Positions 42,304-46,736 of a stretch of 46,736 nt of DNA are shown here, in pieces. A program made the translations under genes and the position numbers. Under the pieces are notes generated by a model. That model searched no databases, had not been told where the DNA came from, and saw only the letters and a program-made list of their open reading frames with translations. The stretch is from a virus. Taxonomy: Duplodnaviria; Caudoviricetes. Position 1 is the first letter of the stretch, and each line of letters begins with the position of its first letter. Location of the stretch: positions 1-46,736 of IMG/VR virus record IMGVR_UViG_3300012943_000014, one strand, 5' to 3'.

Positions 42304-44548
42304 GCCCGGTGAGAGCGGCGTCGAGGACACCATCGAGAGCGAGATCGCACGCGGCGATGACAGCATCATCGAGCCGAAGCGTCGCACGAAGGCGGCACCG
42401 ACGTACCGCATGGTGGGTGACAGCCGCATCGCCGTGTCGAAGGCGCATGGCAAGCTGTGGCAGACACGGCGTGATCAGGCAGCGACCAAGCGTAAGCAGG
42501 ACGACATCGTCCGCGCGTGGGATGAGGCGCTGCGCTACTACCGCAACGACCAGATCGCGCACCGCTATGGCGACGACCCGGAGGCCGACGGTGGTGAGGA
42601 TGGCGCACGGCATCTGACGCGCAGCTTCTCCGAGACGGAGAACATCGTGTTCGCCAACACGAGCGCGTTGGTGCCGCTGCTGTACGCGAAGAACCCGAAC
42701 GCGGAGTTCACCGCCAACGATCCGCAGGACGAGAACGCGACGACGCTGATCGAGAAGCTGATAACGCGTGTTATGTCGCGTCGCTCTGCACCGGGCATCA
42801 ACCTGAAGCCGAAGATACGCAAGTCTGTCGTCATGTGCACGCTCTGCAATGCTGCGTACATGGAGGTCGGCTACACGTTCCGTGAGCAGAGCAGCGAGGC
42901 CGCGGTGCAGGACATCGCGACGCTGTCGGCAGAGCTGGAGAAGGCGAAGGACCCGCAGCAGGTCGAGATCATCGAAGGCAAGATACAGGCGCTAGAGGAC
43001 ACAGTCAGCGTGCTGCGTCCGAGTGGGCCGTGGGTGAAGTACCGTCGCCCGCAGGACATACTGTTCGACACCGATGCAGTCGAGGACGATCACTCGGACG
43101 GCCAGTGGATGATGGTGCGTGATCACATCAGCACGTCGTACCTGAACGCGAAGTTCGCACAGCGTCAGGGGCAGAAGCTCGTCAGCGTGTACAAGCCGAC
43201 GCACGTGCTCAAGCGTGGTGACGCCAGCGGTGGTGACGGCCACAATAGCGCCGAGCAGGAGATCGCCAACGCGTCGATCTTCAACGATGACGGCAAGACG
43301 AACACCGCGCAGGACTTCGGCTACGACGACGATGCGACGTTCAAGAAGGCGCAGCGCACGTGCGTGTGGTGGGTCTGGGACCGCACGACCATGCGCGTGC
43401 TGCTCTATGCCGACAAGGACTGGACGTGGCCCATCTGGGTGTGGGATGACCCGTATCACTTGCAGGGGTTCTTCCCGCTGTACAAGCTACAGTTCTACAC
43501 CGACCCCGAGGAGCCGATGTCGAAGGGCGAGGTCACGTACTACCTCGACCAGCAGGACGCGATCAACACGATCAACAGTGAGTTCAAGCAGGCGCGTCAG
43601 TGGGCGCGTCGCAATCTGTTCTACGACAAGAACAAGGTGTCGAAGGACGAGGTCGAGCGGTTCCTCAAGGGTGACGAGGATGTCGCCATCGGTGTCGATG
43701 TCCCCGAGGGCGCGACGCTGAAGGACATGGTGCAGGCAGTCGTGCCACCGTCGATGCAGTTCATTCAGCTGTTCGACAAGGCACCGATCCTCGAAGCCAT
43801 CGACCGCATCTCGTCGGTGCAGCCCGTCATGCGTGGTGTCGAGTTCAAGACGAACACGACCAACCAAGCGATTAACCAGTACAACAGCATCCAGCAGACG
43901 CGCACCGATGAGAAGATCGACGCCGTCGAGGACTACATCGGGCAGATCGCGTGGGCAGTCACGCAGATGTGCTTGCAGTTCATGTCGCAGGCGGAGGTCG
44001 CGTCACTGATCGGTGACACGTACGCGCAGCAGTGGCAGAACCTGACTGCCGAGGACATCGAGCGCAAGTTGCAGATGACCGTTGTAGGCGGCAGCACGCA
44101 GAAGCCGACGAGTGAGGCCAAGAAGCAGCAGGCGCTCAACATGGGTCAGGTGTTGGGTCAGTTCGTCAACGCGGCACCGCAGCCTGTGCTACTCACCATG
44201 CTCAATGTCATGCGACAGGCGTTCAACGACGTGATCCCCGACGAACAGTGGCGCATGCTCATGGAGCAGATCGGTGGATCGGCGACGGTCGTAGGCGAGA
44301 AGGAGGCAGGTGCGGGCGGTGGCGACGATGCGATGGCACAGCTTGAACAGATCGTGGACCAGCTACCACCGCAGGCCAAGATGGCGCTCGGGCAGGCGAT
44401 GGCACAAGGCGTACCGGTGCGCGAGGCAATAGGCCGCATCGTGCAGCAGATGCAACAGGCGCAAGGTGGTGCGCCTGCCGAGGGTGGACCGCCAGCACCG
44501 GGCGGCGCACCGAATGGAGCTGCACCACCGCAGCAACCGCAGGCGTAG
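42296..44548 (+). CDS. Portal protein (750 aa)
   Basis: Follows terL; ENIVFAN..LYAKNP, DQQDAIN and TTNQAI segments; Q/P/A-rich tail typical of podovirus portals. Confidence 0.85.
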   Translation: MAKPGESGVEDTIESEIARGDDSIIEPKRRTKAAPTYRMVGDSRIAVSKAHGKLWQTRRDQAATKRKQDDIVRAWDEALRYYRNDQIAHRYGDDPEADGGEDGARHLTRSFSETENIVFANTSALVPLLYAKNPNAEFTANDPQDENATTLIEKLITRVMSRRSAPGINLKPKIRKSVVMCTLCNAAYMEVGYTFREQSSEAAVQDIATLSAELEKAKDPQQVEIIEGKIQALEDTVSVLRPSGPWVKYRRPQDILFDTDAVEDDHSDGQWMMVRDHISTSYLNAKFAQRQGQKLVSVYKPTHVLKRGDASGGDGHNSAEQEIANASIFNDDGKTNTAQDFGYDDDATFKKAQRTCVWWVWDRTTMRVLLYADKDWTWPIWVWDDPYHLQGFFPLYKLQFYTDPEEPMSKGEVTYYLDQQDAINTINSEFKQARQWARRNLFYDKNKVSKDEVERFLKGDEDVAIGVDVPEGATLKDMVQAVVPPSMQFIQLFDKAPILEAIDRISSVQPVMRGVEFKTNTTNQAINQYNSIQQTRTDEKIDAVEDYIGQIAWAVTQMCLQFMSQAEVASLIGDTYAQQWQNLTAEDIERKLQMTVVGGSTQKPTSEAKKQQALNMGQVLGQFVNAAPQPVLLTMLNVMRQAFNDVIPDEQWRMLMEQIGGSATVVGEKEAGAGGGDDAMAQLEQIVDQLPPQAKMALGQAMAQGVPVREAIGRIVQQMQQAQGGAPAEGGPPAPGGAPNGAAPPQQPQA

Positions 44549-44561
44549 GAGAGGACGCGAC

Positions 44562-45662
44562 ATGCCCGTACGAGACGGTAACGACCCCGGCACTATGGAG
44601 TTCGACTTCGGCACTCCCGAGTTGAACGATCCCGAGTACGAGAACAACGTAGGAGACATTGACAGTGGCACGCCGTCTAACGCGCCCGCTGACGGTGCAC
44701 AGTCGGGCGCTGCGCCTACGTCACGGACTACTGAGCAAGCGGTCTCTGCCGAGCGCGACGGCACTCCGACTGGCAACGCAGATCAGCCGGGCCAAGGCGC
44801 TGACGGAGATGGACAGCGACCGGGTGTACGTGGCGGTACACGAGACGACGGAAAAGGAAACCTCGTAGACGCGCAGGGCAACATCGTTGCAGCGGCTGGT
44901 GCCGAGCGTCGTCACTACGAGCGTGTGCAGCAGCAGACGCGCTACATCTCTCGCCTAGAGAACGACCTCACCGAAGCGCGCAAGGCTGCGTCGATGACGG
45001 GCGTGCTCAATGATGTACCTGCGAAGCTCGGCCTCGACGGACGCGAGACTGAGATGGGCATGCAGATCGTTGCGTCGTTCAAGAAAGACCCGGTTGCGAC
45101 CGCACGTTGGGCCTTGCAAGAGACGATGCGCATGGGTTACACTCTCGCGCAGATCGTAGGCGAGGCGGCGCAAGGACAACCGCTTGGTGGGTCAATGGAC
45201 CTGCAAGCAGTCCGCGCCATGATCAATGATGCGGTGCATCCACTCGTCACCGACCGCGCGACGGCAGAGCGCAATGCGCAGAACGATGCCGCCGCCGCGC
45301 GAGACTACGAAGCCTTCATCGCCAAGCATGACCATGCCAGTGTGCATGATGACGTTCTTGCAGCGATGTTGACGCAGGACAAGGGCCTTACGCCCGAGGT
45401 CGCGTACTGGCAGCTACGTGAATACGCTGCGAAGAACGCCCTCGACTTCACGCAACCCCTCCGTGCGCAGGTGCTCGCACGACAGGGACAGCCACAGGCA
45501 GCACCGAACGGTGGCGCTCCGGTCGCGCGTAACGGACAGATGCCCATGCCCAACGGCGGCAACCCCGTCGCAGACATGCGCAGTGATCCCGAAATGGCGA
45601 GCCCCGACGACAGTTGGGATACCATCGTGCAACAGAGCTTGCGCACCGCAGGCTACAACTAA
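44562..45662 (+). CDS. Capsid scaffolding protein (366 aa)
   Basis: Between portal and capsid; acidic disordered N-terminus and helical body; RBS GGAGAGGA. Confidence 0.7.
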   Translation: MPVRDGNDPGTMEFDFGTPELNDPEYENNVGDIDSGTPSNAPADGAQSGAAPTSRTTEQAVSAERDGTPTGNADQPGQGADGDGQRPGVRGGTRDDGKGNLVDAQGNIVAAAGAERRHYERVQQQTRYISRLENDLTEARKAASMTGVLNDVPAKLGLDGRETEMGMQIVASFKKDPVATARWALQETMRMGYTLAQIVGEAAQGQPLGGSMDLQAVRAMINDAVHPLVTDRATAERNAQNDAAAARDYEAFIAKHDHASVHDDVLAAMLTQDKGLTPEVAYWQLREYAAKNALDFTQPLRAQVLARQGQPQAAPNGGAPVARNGQMPMPNGGNPVADMRSDPEMASPDDSWDTIVQQSLRTAGYN

Positions 45663-45674
45663 CGGAGCTAACAC

Positions 45675-46664
45675 ATGCCCGGTTACGCGACACCGCCGTA
45701 TCATGCCGGTGGATCGACGCCGCTGGACACCGTGCTGCACTCGACCATGACCAAGAGCCGCAAGAAGCTCATCATGGCGGCGATCAAGAGCAACGCGCTA
45801 CAGGCGTGGGCGTTCGCGACCGGTCGTGTCGAGTACGAGGACGGTGGACATGAGATCACCAACCCGTTGACGGTCGGGCGCAACCCGAACGTCGCGTCGT
45901 ACGAATACTACGACCAACTCCCGATGGCGCAGACGAACGAGTTCGAGACGGTGCGCTACAACTGGTCGCGTGTCGCCGGCTCGGTGATCATCAGCGATCA
46001 GGAGGAGGACGAGAACCGCGGTACCGCGCAGATATTCAAGCTGCTGCGCGCGAAGATGGAAGTGCTGGAGGAGTCCATCAAGGACAAGTTCAGCGGCTAC
46101 CTGTACGGCGCCGGTGCTGGCACGGACCCGCTCGGTCTGGCAGTGCTCATCCCCGACGACCCGACGACCGGCGTGCTCGGTGACGTGGATCGCGCTACCG
46201 AACCGCAGTGGCGCACGTCGTCGTACCAGTTCGCTGGCACCCTCGATCAGACGAACATCGAGGAGGCGTTCGACGACGTGATGATGGACCTCACGATGAA
46301 GGGTGACAAGCCCGACATCATCCTGTGCGGTCGCAACATCATGCGTCTGTATCGTGCGGCGGTGCGCGACAAGGTCATCTTCGCCCTGTCGGACACCAAG
46401 AACGGCTCGCGCATGGCGGACCTCGGCTTCGGCGGCGTCACGTTCAACAACGTGCCGATGGTCTACGACGAGGACTGCCCGGTCAACAAGTGCTACTTCA
46501 TCAACTCGAAGTACCTGCGCCTGCACATCCTGCGGCACGTCAACATGAAGGTCAAGCAGCTCGTTGCCCCGTGGGACACCGACGCGCATGGCCGGCGTGT
46601 CGTCTGGCAGGGGCAGTGGTGCATGTGGAAGGCGTTCCGCACGCACGCCGTCGTCTCCAACTGA
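45675..46664 (+). CDS. Major capsid protein (329 aa)
   Basis: Follows the scaffold; GGHEI.NPL, YNW..AGSV.IS, GFGGVTFNNVPMVYD and YFINSKYL patterns; strong codon bias. Confidence 0.88.
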   Translation: MPGYATPPYHAGGSTPLDTVLHSTMTKSRKKLIMAAIKSNALQAWAFATGRVEYEDGGHEITNPLTVGRNPNVASYEYYDQLPMAQTNEFETVRYNWSRVAGSVIISDQEEDENRGTAQIFKLLRAKMEVLEESIKDKFSGYLYGAGAGTDPLGLAVLIPDDPTTGVLGDVDRATEPQWRTSSYQFAGTLDQTNIEEAFDDVMMDLTMKGDKPDIILCGRNIMRLYRAAVRDKVIFALSDTKNGSRMADLGFGGVTFNNVPMVYDEDCPVNKCYFINSKYLRLHILRHVNMKVKQLVAPWDTDAHGRRVVWQGQWCMWKAFRTHAVVSN

Positions 46665-46736
46665 CGTAACTACCGCAGGCGGTAACATGCGTTATCGCCT
46701 GCGCTGCACGACCCCTGCAACTGCATGCATAGAGAG
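46614..46736. repeat. Terminal direct repeat, right copy
   Basis: Identical to 1-123. Confidence 0.95.

Noticed and set aside
45798-46688. 296-aa - strand ORF
   Set aside because: Antisense shadow of the capsid gene.

Overview
The window is an apparently complete, circularly permuted genome of a GC-rich tailed phage. Bases 1-123 repeat exactly at 46614-46736, giving a unit length of 46,613 bp. The + strand arm (36580 through the end, then 1-15307) carries packaging, lysis and podovirus-type virion genes: small and large terminase, GH19 endolysin, portal, scaffold, capsid, adaptor, nozzle, chaperone-containing fibre, GNAT and ejection proteins. The - strand arm (35639 down to 15300) carries early genes under sigma70-like promoters, then a Cas4-like nuclease/Sak4-like ATPase/SSB module, a RecD-like helicase, a UDG-PolA fusion polymerase, an NrdR-like Zn ribbon and a DUF3987-type helicase. 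I recognised no integrase, RNA polymerase, primase, tRNA or CRISPR array, so the phage is probably lytic. A proteobacterial host is a weak inference. The most striking unexplained signal is an AT-rich palindrome, G(G/A)TAAC-N3/4-GTTA(C/T)C, with 22 strict-core copies and about a dozen transition variants spread genome-wide, inside genes and at gene starts, although the genome appears to avoid restriction-type palindromes. Other highlights are an Acb2/Tad1-like anti-defence candidate, a ~210-nt structured non-coding segment, promoters embedded in hairpins, and purine-pyrimidine-alternating non-coding blocks with 11-bp repeats around a stand-alone early gene. All family calls come from motif recognition by eye, not from database searches.
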